Of a stretch of DNA of 20,000 nt, positions 1 through 8,652 are shown one piece after another. The notes under the pieces were generated by a model that had not been told where the DNA came from, searched no databases, and saw only the letters and a list, made by a program, of their open reading frames with translations. The stretch is from Veleropilina oligotropha (taxonomy: Eukaryota). The stretch covers positions 481,206 to 501,205 of the forward strand of contig JBEUKZ010000125.1 of NCBI GenBank assembly GCA_048128005.1. The letters are read 5' to 3'. The translations under genes and the position numbers were made by a program. Within the stretch, counting starts at the first letter, position 1, and each line of letters starts with the position of its first letter.

Positions 1-65
1 CTTTGGGGGCGAACCTGGGACTCTGTGACCAGAGTCCTGTGAACAACCCACTGAGCCATGATCGC
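1..65 (-). mobile_element. tRNA-derived SINE head (5' part; body runs off the left edge)
   Basis: The minus strand reads gcgatcaTGGCTCAGTGGgttgttcacaggactctggtcacagagtcccaGGTTCGCCCcc. This gives a Pol III A box and a degenerate B box at tRNA-like spacing. Confidence 0.55.
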
Positions 66-179
66 ACAACCCACTGAGCCACGACAGCACAACCCACTGA
101 GCCATGACGGCACAACCCACTGAGCCACAATGGCACAACCCACTGAGCCACAACGGTACAACCCACTGAGCCACGACGT
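43..179. repeat. 23-bp tandem repeat, 6 copies (acaacccactgagccaYRaYNgc)
   Basis: Units start at 43, 66, 89, 112, 135 and 158. The first 16 bp are invariant and each copy contains the SINE A box on the minus strand. Confidence 0.95.
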
Positions 180-320
180 ATGCACTTTTATTGACTGTAA
201 TGATCTCAAAGGGATTTGAGATAAAATATCCTGTGAAACAGGCCAATAACCAGTGAAGTATTTGTGAGGTTGTACCATTATGTATATATACTCAACCAAT
301 AAAAAGCACACCCCACTGTT

Positions 321-600
321 CAGGGTTCTGCCCAGAAAATCATGAGTGCCAGGTGGTAAAACCTTGAGTGCTGGGTGGTAAAATAGTAGTGCCGGGTGGT
401 AAATGAAAATGAGTAAAATGTATACCTAAGTAGAAAATATGCTTGGAATATTTAAATCGATAACAATACATTTGGCATCTTTTGTTACATTTGCTATATT
501 AAAATGTCCAAATTCAATGTAAATGCAATGATAAAAAAGAAGATGCCGGGCGGCGAGTCATGAGTGCCGGGTACATGCGCCCACTGTGGGCAGAACCCTG
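321..600. mobile_element. MITE / non-autonomous DNA transposon (hAT-like CAGGG ends)
   Basis: 14-bp TIR cagggttctgccca (321-334) / tgggcagaaccctg (587-600). Flanked by direct repeat actgtt (315-320, 601-606). Subterminal repeats of agtgcc(a/g)ggtggtaaa. Confidence 0.85.
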
Positions 601-696
601 ACTGTTATAAAATTTCAATACACTAATTGTGACAATGTGTGAAAATTTAATGCAAGAAGACATTTCTCAGACATTAACTTTTTGTCTTCATTAATG

Positions 697-1043
697 AACA
701 AGAAGACAGCCCATCAATATCCCCCGCAAAGGTACATTCACAATTACTATGCATGTATACTTTATTTTTGTGTAGATACATTGGAATAAACATAGTGTCC
801 TTGTTTTAAATAAAAATAAGGGCAATAACTTTGTCAATAATCTCCCCATAGCATTAAAATTAGCAAAAGCCACCAGATCACCAACTTCTTAAAACACTCA
901 TCAAATTTCATCAAGACATCTTGAGCGGTTTATGAGATATGCTCCGGAAAATAAATTTTTGCACGGGAGGATGGATGCGCGCGCACTCGGACGGTCTGCA
1001 TTTTAATAACTCGTGCAAATTTTATTTGGCAGGGAATCAATTA
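697..1043 (+). mobile_element. Degenerate mollusc-type non-autonomous Helentron/pearl(CvA)-like repeat
   Basis: Starts with aacaaga, contains aaatttcatcaa...gagatatgctccgga, then a degenerate (acgg/gatg)n tract and a weak 3' hairpin. The layout resembles HINE/pearl elements; boundaries are approximate. Confidence 0.45.
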
Positions 1044-1649
1044 ATTCATCAAAAAAGCAAAGAAAGTTAGTGTAAGAAATGTTTTCTTGCAATAAATTAT
1101 CGCAGGTTGTTAGCGTAGTGAAATTATATAAACATGGGGAGTGCGTTTCTTGTTTGGTTAATTGTATGAGAACATGTGCTCAGCATGTGGATTATATACA
1201 TATTATATTATATACATATACATGTGAATCTTTATAATATTAATGTTGGTTGTCAGAGGTGAAGGGTTGCCGGTGATTGCACCAGTAGACGAATTGAATC
1301 AACACCATCTTTATTATCCATCCATGTGATAACTCCCGAGTGCACTGCAGCCCGTTGACCTGCTAAACCTGACTGTTAAGGCAGTAGGAGTTATCTCCCA
1401 TACATCATATCAATAGCAATACACTACTAGAGTAACTATCATGGGACCTTAATAAAAAGATCCGAAGAAATTAGAAATGCTTACTGTGAAAATCTTATAC
1501 TCTGACTCCGAAATGCTGGATGTGATAATAAAATAATGCCAATTGCAATAGTTACACAATTCAAGTTCATGAACATGTATGTATATATCAGGTTATATTT
1601 ATTTCAGGAACATTAACTGATAATATATGCTATTAGATGTTACATGTAC

Positions 1650-1743
1650 CTTAGTGCAGACTTTGGCACAACATACTGGATGAAGGCAGACGTCATCTCA
1701 AACAGAACGGCGGACGTGACCATGACATGACCGGATGGACTTC
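1650..1743 (-). CDS. G6PC: Glucose-6-phosphatase (PAP2 family), internal exon equivalent to vertebrate G6PC exon 3
   Basis: ttcttag|GAAGTCCATCCGGTCAT...CTAAG|gtacat. Encodes (G)SPSGHVMVTSAVLFEMTSAFIQYVVPKSAL(R), including the PAP2 PSGH motif. Phase 1 in, phase 2 out; joins the upstream exon in frame. Confidence 0.9.
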
Positions 1744-1834
1744 CTAAGAATAAACTGAGAAATTAAGAACTTAAAAAGATCTTATATTGGTTACAAGCAA
1801 TGCCATAATACAAACTTGTCTACTTATTTCGAAT

Positions 1835-2098
1835 ATTGGCCGCTTCGACATTACAGTGGTATCGGTTGTGGACTCCGAAAATCACTGACTTGATTCCGCT
1901 GACGAGAATAGTAGTGGGTTCAAACCTCGGCAGGGGCAGCACTCATTTGTTCAAATTATGAATCACAGTTGTTCGTAACTGGTCGAACAGGGCGGGTTTA
2001 CCCGGGCTTTCCTCCCGCGATAATACGGACATGTCCTGCTTTGAACCAAATGATGGTTGGAAATATACAGGACATTAAGCATCGATCATTTCCTTTCC
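1835..2098 (+). mobile_element. tRNA-derived SINE, possibly V-domain type, degenerate
   Basis: B box gggttcaaacc (~1916-1926), a V-core-like segment gggtttacccgggctttcctccc (~1994-2016), and a tttcc-tttcc tail at the 3' end. The 5' boundary is approximate. Confidence 0.5.
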
Positions 2099-2116
2099 TA
2101 TTTTGAATATTTATAC

Positions 2117-2226
2117 CTGGCCCAGTCTCGCATGTTAATCTGTATTGGTTCAATACAGGAGTGGTCTCCCCTTGATAAAGCAGTGTTTCATGGACCCACC
2201 AGTATGGTCTCTCTCCATGCAGAATC
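2117..2226 (-). CDS. G6PC: Glucose-6-phosphatase (PAP2 family), 110-bp internal exon equivalent to vertebrate G6PC exon 2
   Basis: ttattacag|GATTCTG...GGGCCAG|gtataa. Encodes (W)ILHGERPYWWVHETLLYQGETTPVLNQYRLTCETGP(G), with the RPYWW and TCETGPG signatures of G6Pase and canonical AG/GT splice sites. Confidence 0.93.
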
Positions 2227-2302
2227 CTGTAATAAAAGTATACATATAGACTACAGCAAAATCAGATAAAACACAATACTATATTCACTCATAATGACTA
2301 TT

Positions 2303-2342
2303 GATTTAGCGGATTTAGTGGATTTAGCGGATTTAGTGGATT
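2303..2342. repeat. 9-bp tandem repeat gatttag(c/t)g, ~4.4 copies
   Basis: gatttagcg gatttagtg gatttagcg gatttagtg gatt read directly. Confidence 0.85.
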
Positions 2343-2699
2343 CACTACTTATTACAGTTCATAGAGTTAAAAGTCACAGTGCTCGCACAACAATATGTAT
2401 ATGTTCTAGTATGCCTTTTCAGGCGCTTAGCAAGTAAATCATGGAAATCTGGTTGCAGATGTTTGCTTACGAGCCACGGTCCTGGCGATTTCTCTTGGTC
2501 AAGAAAATAAGCATATATTTGCATTGGTCCACTCAGCCGATCATGATGTGTACTTGAATAAATTATATTAAGTAACACTGCGACCCAACCATAACTAGAA
2601 CTGCTATCCAGAGGATAACTAATACCCCCCTCTCCGCGCCTCATATGTATTACACAAATTATCAATATAGAAGTCCAGTGAATAGTTGAACACAAAAAA

Positions 2700-2980
2700 T
2701 AGATGTACGGACAAACGAACGGACAAACACGATAATTCCCTTGGGTTAGGAGAATTAGACCTGCTGCAAAATGATAAACGTGAACAGTATCTTAAAAGTA
2801 GTCTGTACAAAGATTTTGGCTGAAAGACATAACAGAAAGATCAAAGGTCATAACTTAAAGGTCAAACGTCATTCTGGGAAAAATCGCTCTAGGTGCACAA
2901 CACCATGATGTACTGATCAAGTATGGAAAGTGTCAATGAAATATTCCCAGTAGGTTGAGAGGAGAACTCTGGAAAAGTTA
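2700..2980 (+). mobile_element. Fragments of degenerate HINE/pearl-like interspersed repeats
   Basis: (acggacaa)-like microsatellite at ~2706-2730, repeated aaaggtca motifs and an aaagtgtcaatgaaatattcccagtaggttgagaggag segment similar to the 697-1043 repeat type. Confidence 0.3.
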
Positions 2981-3781
2981 ATAAAAGACAATGTTTAGAA
3001 GCCCAGAGGTCACTATGTTAAAGGGGGTGTAATGGGGGGTTATCTTCACGCAATCACGTGAAAATAAAGCGCATTTCACGTTTTCATGCTATATTTATTT
3101 CAATTTCACATTTCACACATAATGTCTAACCTTAAATATGTGTAAATATTGATTATATTATAGTTGTAGTAAGCTTGGAATGTAGTCCATGGGCCAACTG
3201 ATTGACTGGTGCCATATGTGGGTGCACTAAAATCCACTCTAACCATTCATGAAGGGTGGTAGACCATTACCAAAAATTATTGCTGGACATTCCAACGGTG
3301 TAGCTTTTTTCTCTGGTAAAATCACTATATTCAGCAAATTGCACACTCAGAGGAAGTCCAGACATAGGCCTATGTTATAATATATCACATCGGGTTGACT
3401 TAATGCACAAGTCTTAGAAAAACCTATAAAAGGTTGCATTAATCATTTTGAACATTTGAACACTAGCCGATACGGAAACATCAAAAGAAAAACTACATAT
3501 CCAGCAAAAAGTTTATTCGACGACAAGGTCTACAAATATGTCAAAATGATCCATATAATCGTGAAAAAATGACCCAATCGGTTGAGCTACAAGCGAACGG
3601 GTGGCCACTTGCAGAAACTTGACACAAGAATGTTCTGATAGCTAATGAAACAGTGAAGAACGCATCACTCGATATAGTAACTGCTGAAACACATTGCCAC
3701 TGATCATATTTAAAATTCACCTGACAAAAGCCTCAACGAGTTCCCTTGACTGGTGAAGATTAAGAAGACGACGTATTATAA

Positions 3782-4497
3782 GTTACATGGTTTGTTAGTG
3801 ACCTAATATGGTATATACAGGGTGAGTAAAATTCATATCAGGCGAGAGCGAAGCTCGAGCCTGATATAAATTTTACTCACCCTGTATTAAATAGAATTTG
3901 TTTGGGTTTAGAAAGCGCATTACTGCCACTCATATAAAAACCCATTGAGTTGTCTTGTCCTCTATAACCTGCCCTTCTTCTTAAAATGCTCATCTAGGCG
4001 ACTTTTAAATTGGTTTACAGATGTCGATTCCACTACATTATTAGGAAGGGCGTTCCATTCATCGACAACCCGATTTGAGAAAAAGTGTTTTCTAACGTCT
4101 AGTCGGAATAGTTTTTTGTAAATCTTGTATTGATGCCCCCGGGTATGCCTTTGGTTCATCTGAAAAAAGAAACTATTGTCAACGTTGACTTTTCCTGTAA
4201 ACATTTTAAACACCTGAATATATACCATATTAGGTCACTAACAAACCATGTAACGAATATATCTTACCGACAACCTTTTTTTACACTTTAACCTGTCTAA
4301 ACCGGTCACATTCCTGTGGTGTCGTCTGCGCGAACCTTTTTTGGCCGCCATATTGTTTATTGATTTGTATAAGGCACAGGGGCGATAACTCTATACCGAC
4401 CCTGTATGGCGGTGAAGTAACCCCATATGGATTTATAGAGTCGACACGTGATCGGTCTAACCCAATCACTATCGTGGAAACTTGTTGGAGGTAAGAT
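3782..4497. mobile_element. Palindromic non-autonomous element, left part (interrupted by a CR1 fragment; continues at 11847-11984 beyond the DIRS)
   Basis: Left arm 3782-3843 pairs with right arm 3859-3887 plus 4219-4254 around a gagcgaagctc hairpin. Segments 3806-3853 and 4411-4497 recur at 11847-11894 and 11894-11981. tatatcttacc (4258-4268) is the inverse of ggtaagatata (11974-11984). Confidence 0.7.
3888..4218 (-). mobile_element. 5'-truncated CR1-clade LINE (ORF2 C-terminus and 3' UTR)
   Basis: The ORF at 3962-4228 reads IQVFKM...TRGHQYKIYK...RLDVRKHFFSNRVVDEWNALP...SVNQFKSRLD, the typical CR1 ORF2 C-terminus. Removing the insert restores the host palindrome arm ccctgtatatacc, with tat on both sides. 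Confidence 0.88.
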
Positions 4498-4529
4498 GAG
4501 GATTAAGAGTAATCCCTTGTATCTATAAT

Positions 4530-4735
4530 AATATACTTACGTCCTTACTAATGCCATAATAAGCCTATTATCGCTAAATCCGGACAAGGTGGAAATGGTA
4601 ATTTCACACTTTTTAGTAAATTGAACCCAGCTGACCCAGTGACCTGCTCGACCTCCTCCAGTTCATGTCTATTAAGAGCTCGCCAACTCCCGCGAGATCC
4701 TCGTGACCCAAGGGTCAAGACCTCATCCAAAGTTT
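4530..4735. repeat. DIRS 3' inverted terminal repeat (206 bp); unique 3' extension at 4496-4529
   Basis: Reverse complement of 11631-11836, with 2 mismatches counted by eye. Confidence 0.95.
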
Positions 4736-4800
4736 ATGCAAACCCCAAGACAAAGAACTTATATAAGAGGGGAGGTGCGAAGCAGGGTGGGCCAAGTGGG

Positions 4801-4889
4801 TAAGGACGTAAGTATATTATTATAGATACAAGGGATTACTCTTAATCCTCATATCTATATCAAATATACTTACGTCCTTACTAATGCCA
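4801..4889. other. DIRS internal complementary region (ICR)
   Basis: 4801-4852 is the reverse complement of 4496-4547, and 4851-4889 is the reverse complement of 11810-11848. The halves overlap at AT and so spell out the circle junction. Confidence 0.93.
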
Positions 4890-5675
4890 AGAATAACTTT
4901 GGTTGGCGGAGTTATAAGTTCCATACACCAAAATTAAAACTTACTTGTTACCAGAAGACGACGCTTTAGCGTTGAGATCGAGTCCGTTCAGAGTGGATTT
5001 TACTGAGCATCAAATCTACCCTTACCCCGAGGTGAGATTTCGACCAAGAAATCTGGGAAAACACGCCAGGGATGTTAGTCGGACAGGTAACACGAAAGTG
5101 CATGTAGCTCCGGACACCGGCGGAAGGTATACCTTGAGGCACTCGTGTCATGAGCAAAGACAGTGATCTGAATATTCCGGACTCAAAGGTCGGCAGACAG
5201 AAAACTGCAAGACGTGGTTTTTAGAAGCACCCGAACCTAGGCAGGTAGATAGTGTTATAAAACCGTGACAATTATCAATAGATTGAAGAAAATTTCAATA
5301 ACTTCATCTTGAATAATAAATTTTTGCATGTCTAACTTGCAAAATGTCAACATGATACATGTTACTTAAATAATTTTAAGTAGAGAATAATATTAAAATT
5401 TCTCAATGTACGCACATCGAAATGTTCTGCGACAGCAAAGAGAACATTTTAAGAAATAATATTATTTACAAAAAACATTTTTAAGCTTTAATAATATAAA
5501 TGTCTACATCCAATGTGGGCATTGCTTCATATGAACTCAGTATGAATAAATAAATTCAATTTCTTAATCAGTTTAAGAAAGAAATACATTGGAGTAAATT
5601 CTAATGGTGATTTCAATGTACACAAATAGAATTACATTATATTACCTCAGTGTCTGGTAAAATTCCTAAAACCAA

Positions 5676-8581
5676 TCACTGTCGGGATGACCCAGATCCC
5701 GTGATACATTGTTGTCCTGCCGCCACAAAGGAAATCCGATGTTCACCCTCAGCCGTGGTCGCATAATCATGCAGGTAAAAGCGAACAAAGGTATTTGCGT
5801 TCTTCCAGTAACAAGCCTTTAAGATTTCATTGATATTCAAATTATATTTGAAGGCAAGCGAAGTGGCAACTGCACGTGTCTCGTGCGCGTGAATTGAAAC
5901 GAGATCTCGTTCTGGCTCATTGGACCGAGAGTAAATCTCTTTTACAACAGAGACTATCCAACGTGAAACAGTCGATTTGCGAATGTCGCGGTGGAATTGA
6001 GGCATATGGCTAACGAATAAACGCTTTTTACCGTGCCGTAGGTCTCGGGTCTTATCCAGGTAGAATCTCAACGCGCGGACCGGGCAGTTGAGGCGGTCGA
6101 TATCATTTCTATCCAGCATGGAGAGGTTACGGATACAAACCTCGGGACTGATATCTTCAGGTCGTTGTGTCTTCGCTAGGAAGCCAAGGACAGTATGCAG
6201 CGTCACCGACCCATTGGTGTGGAAGTGTATGTCTCGAAGCTCTCCGGATAAAGCGTGTATCTCCGATGCCCTGTTACCGGTGGCGAGCGCGGTAAGAAAT
6301 ACGGTCTTATAAGTAAGATTTTTGAGGGAACAATCACTCATAGGCTCGTACGGGCATCTAAGTAAAGCATTGAGAACTAACAAAACATTCCAAGCGGGCG
6401 GTCGCACCCGCTGAATGGGCCGTTCGAGTTGATAGGAGCGTATGAAGTCCGATATAGTTTTGTCGGTAGACAAGCGGGTGTGCTCGCGGCATTGCCGTAA
6501 CGTTGTAGCTACGCATGAACGGTAGCCTTTGACTGCGGAAATTGACATTCCCCGTTCTAGCAACGACGATAAGAACTCGATAAATTTTGTCACAGGGGGG
6601 CGGAATATATTGACTTGCCGCCCGCGACACCAATCCACAAACTTTTTCCATCGGTAGTCATATACCCTTGTTGTAGATTGTCTTCTAGATCGGTAAATGC
6701 GCTGGGCTGTCGCTCTAGAAAAGCCTTTCTTAATGAGCGATCTCTCGATAGTCGCCAGGCGTGAAAGTGAAACTCGTTCGCCGACGGGTGTAGAACCCGA
6801 CTGCGCGGTTGCGATAACAGGTCTGTCATCTGCGGTAGCGCTCGCGGCTGATCGATGAGTAGATCCAGAAGTGTCGGAAACCAGGACTGCGTGCGTTGTA
6901 GAGGTGCTATAAGCGTCAACTCGCAGTCTTCGCGGGTCGCTTTCCGTAGTACTTGTGCCAACATGCACGACGGTGGGAAGGCGTAGGCGATCAGATTCTC
7001 CCATCTCATTGACAGAGCGTCGACCGCTATAGTGGCCGGGTCCGGGTAAGGAGACACATAGAGAGGGAGTCGGTGATTGTATTCGGTTGCGAATAGATCG
7101 ACTTGAGGCGTCGACCACAGGCGACAGACATCTCGGGCTACACGGGCGTGTAGCGTCCACTCTGTGTGTATAATCTGTGTTTTCCGAGAGAGCGTATCCG
7201 CTCTGACATTCAGCTTCCCCGGGATGTGTCGGGCTCGAATTGACGAGTTGAGTGACATCACTAGGCGGTGTAGGTCGATCGCTCGGTCGCAAAGCGGACG
7301 GGAGCGAGTGCCGCCCTGGTGCTGGATGTAAGCGACGACAGTCGTGTTGTCCGTTGCTAGCATTATGTGCTTGTTTCGGAGATGTGACGAGAGGGACTGC
7401 ACTGACAGGTAGACGGCTTCTAACTCTAGGAAGTTGATGTGTCGTCCCTGAAGGTCCGGAGGCCAGAGGCCCGATGTCTCGTGACTGTCGAAGTGACCAC
7501 CCCAGCCCTCGTTTGACGCGTCCGTGAAGAGGTAGGCGTTCGGGTCTGGGGGGGATATTGGAACCGACTGGCTCGGCAGGGTAGTGTTCAACCACACTGC
7601 TGTCGTGCGATTGAACCAATGCCGTAGATCGATGCGATCCGTCCACTGTCCCGTACGTTGTATCCAGCGGTCCTTGAAGGCCTGCTGCAACGGTCGCTTG
7701 TCCATGCGACCCGTCGGTAACAGGGGAGCTACCGACTCGATGTGCCCTAGGACAGTGGCCAGTCGTCGCGCTGTAGTTATCCGTGAAGACTTTGTTTCTA
7801 GTATAACTGCGCGTAGGTTCTCTATACGTTTCTGAGTCGGTTTCGCGGTGTACCGGACCGTGTCGAATTCGACCCCTAGAAATATAAACGTCGTCGAGGG
7901 CACGAAGCAGGATTTGTCGTTGTTGATCTGTAATCCCAGGCGCTTCGCCGATGACAGGGTAACGCTCATAGACTGGAGGCACCGATCCCGGGACGCCCCG
8001 AGAATCAACCAGTCGTCGAGGTACATATGTACCCTGTGCCCTTGCGAGTGTAGGAAGGCCCCGAGAGCCTGTACTACCCGCGTGAAGACGTACGGGGCTG
8101 ACGATAGACCGAACGGTAGACACCTGAATTGGTAGATCGTTCCCCCGTGAACAAACCGTAGGTACCGGTGAGCCGAGACATGCATCGGAACGTGTAGGTA
8201 CGCATCGGTTAAGTCGATAGACGCTGCCCAGTCGCCCGGACGGATGGCCGTTCGTATCTTCGAGAGTGTTTCTTGCTTGAACTTCTCGGTACGAAGATAC
8301 TGGTTGAGGAACGACAGATCGAGGATCGGTCGCCAACGGACCAGGAAAAAGTGGCTGTAATATCCTGGTGTGCTGGGCGGCGCGGGATAGATCGCTCTCT
8401 TGGAGAGTAAATCCCGCACTGCCTGGTCTAGGACGGCTTGTTTCTCTCCTATCAGGAGACGAGCGCGTCCTGGTGGTGGTGTCGCGTCTAGGGTTGGATG
8501 CCGGTCGAATGCCAACTTGTATCCGGCACTCACGACTGAGTGAACCCAGTTGTCCTCTGTCATTTCTAGCCAGGACAGGCT
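5676..8581 (-). CDS. DIRS ORF3, tyrosine recombinase (YR domains ~5676-6780; long N-terminal frame overlapping pol; true start uncertain)
   Basis: Core-binding region RRQSTTRVYDYRWKKF, then catalytic R (ATGNRASEIHAL), K (AKTQ), LNCPVRAL, HETR, CYW and TFVRFY. The ORF-track extension to 8939 is probably produced by a frameshift at ~8582-8585. Confidence 0.9.
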
Positions 8582-8650
8582 GTAAGTACTCTGACAGACA
8601 CGCTCCCACCGGCGGAAGCGTGCAACTGAGCTCGTCGCGAGCGCCGGCAA
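6590..8650 (-). CDS. DIRS ORF2: reverse transcriptase, RNase H and adenine-methyltransferase-like domain (probably damaged)
   Basis: RT: SIDLTDAYLHVP, LPFGLSSAP, YLDDWL. RNase H: FTDAS, HINFLELEAV, TDN, HIPGKLNVRADTLSR. MT-like: VDLFAT, DAL, YAFPP. First in-frame ATG is at 8563. Confidence 0.93.
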   Translation of the reverse strand: MPALATSSVARFRRWERVCQSTYSLSWLEMTEDNWVHSVVSAGYKLAFDRHPTLDATPPPGRARLLIGEKQAVLDQAVRDLLSKRAIYPAPPSTPGYYSHFFLVRWRPILDLSFLNQYLRTEKFKQETLSKIRTAIRPGDWAASIDLTDAYLHVPMHVSAHRYLRFVHGGTIYQFRCLPFGLSSAPYVFTRVVQALGAFLHSQGHRVHMYLDDWLILGASRDRCLQSMSVTLSSAKRLGLQINNDKSCFVPSTTFIFLGVEFDTVRYTAKPTQKRIENLRAVILETKSSRITTARRLATVLGHIESVAPLLPTGRMDKRPLQQAFKDRWIQRTGQWTDRIDLRHWFNRTTAVWLNTTLPSQSVPISPPDPNAYLFTDASNEGWGGHFDSHETSGLWPPDLQGRHINFLELEAVYLSVQSLSSHLRNKHIMLATDNTTVVAYIQHQGGTRSRPLCDRAIDLHRLVMSLNSSIRARHIPGKLNVRADTLSRKTQIIHTEWTLHARVARDVCRLWSTPQVDLFATEYNHRLPLYVSPYPDPATIAVDALSMRWENLIAYAFPPSCMLAQVLRKATREDCELTLIAPLQRTQSWFPTLLDLLIDQPRALPQMTDLLSQPRSRVLHPSANEFHFHAWRLSRDRSLRKAFLERQPSAFTDLEDNLQQGYMTTDGKSLWIGVAGGKSIYSAPL

Positions 8651-8652
8651 CC

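Noticed and set aside
43..179. CRISPR-like array (16-bp constant part plus 7-bp variable part)
   Set aside because: The variable parts are short and similar to each other, not unique spacers. The context is eukaryotic and no cas genes are present; it is a minisatellite.
2057..2269. 70-aa plus-strand ORF
   Set aside because: Antisense shadow of the G6PC exon at 2117-2226.
2345..2695. 116-aa minus-strand ORF or nearby LVILWIAV frame as G6PC exon 1
   Set aside because: Only a superficial hydrophobic resemblance. It lacks the W-L-N-x-x-x-K-W ending and a phase-2 donor, and the LWIAV frame hits a stop.
3022..3120. Possible DNA transposon end (ggggggt followed by repeated tcacg/tcac motifs)
   Set aside because: No matching opposite terminus found in the window, so it cannot be delimited.
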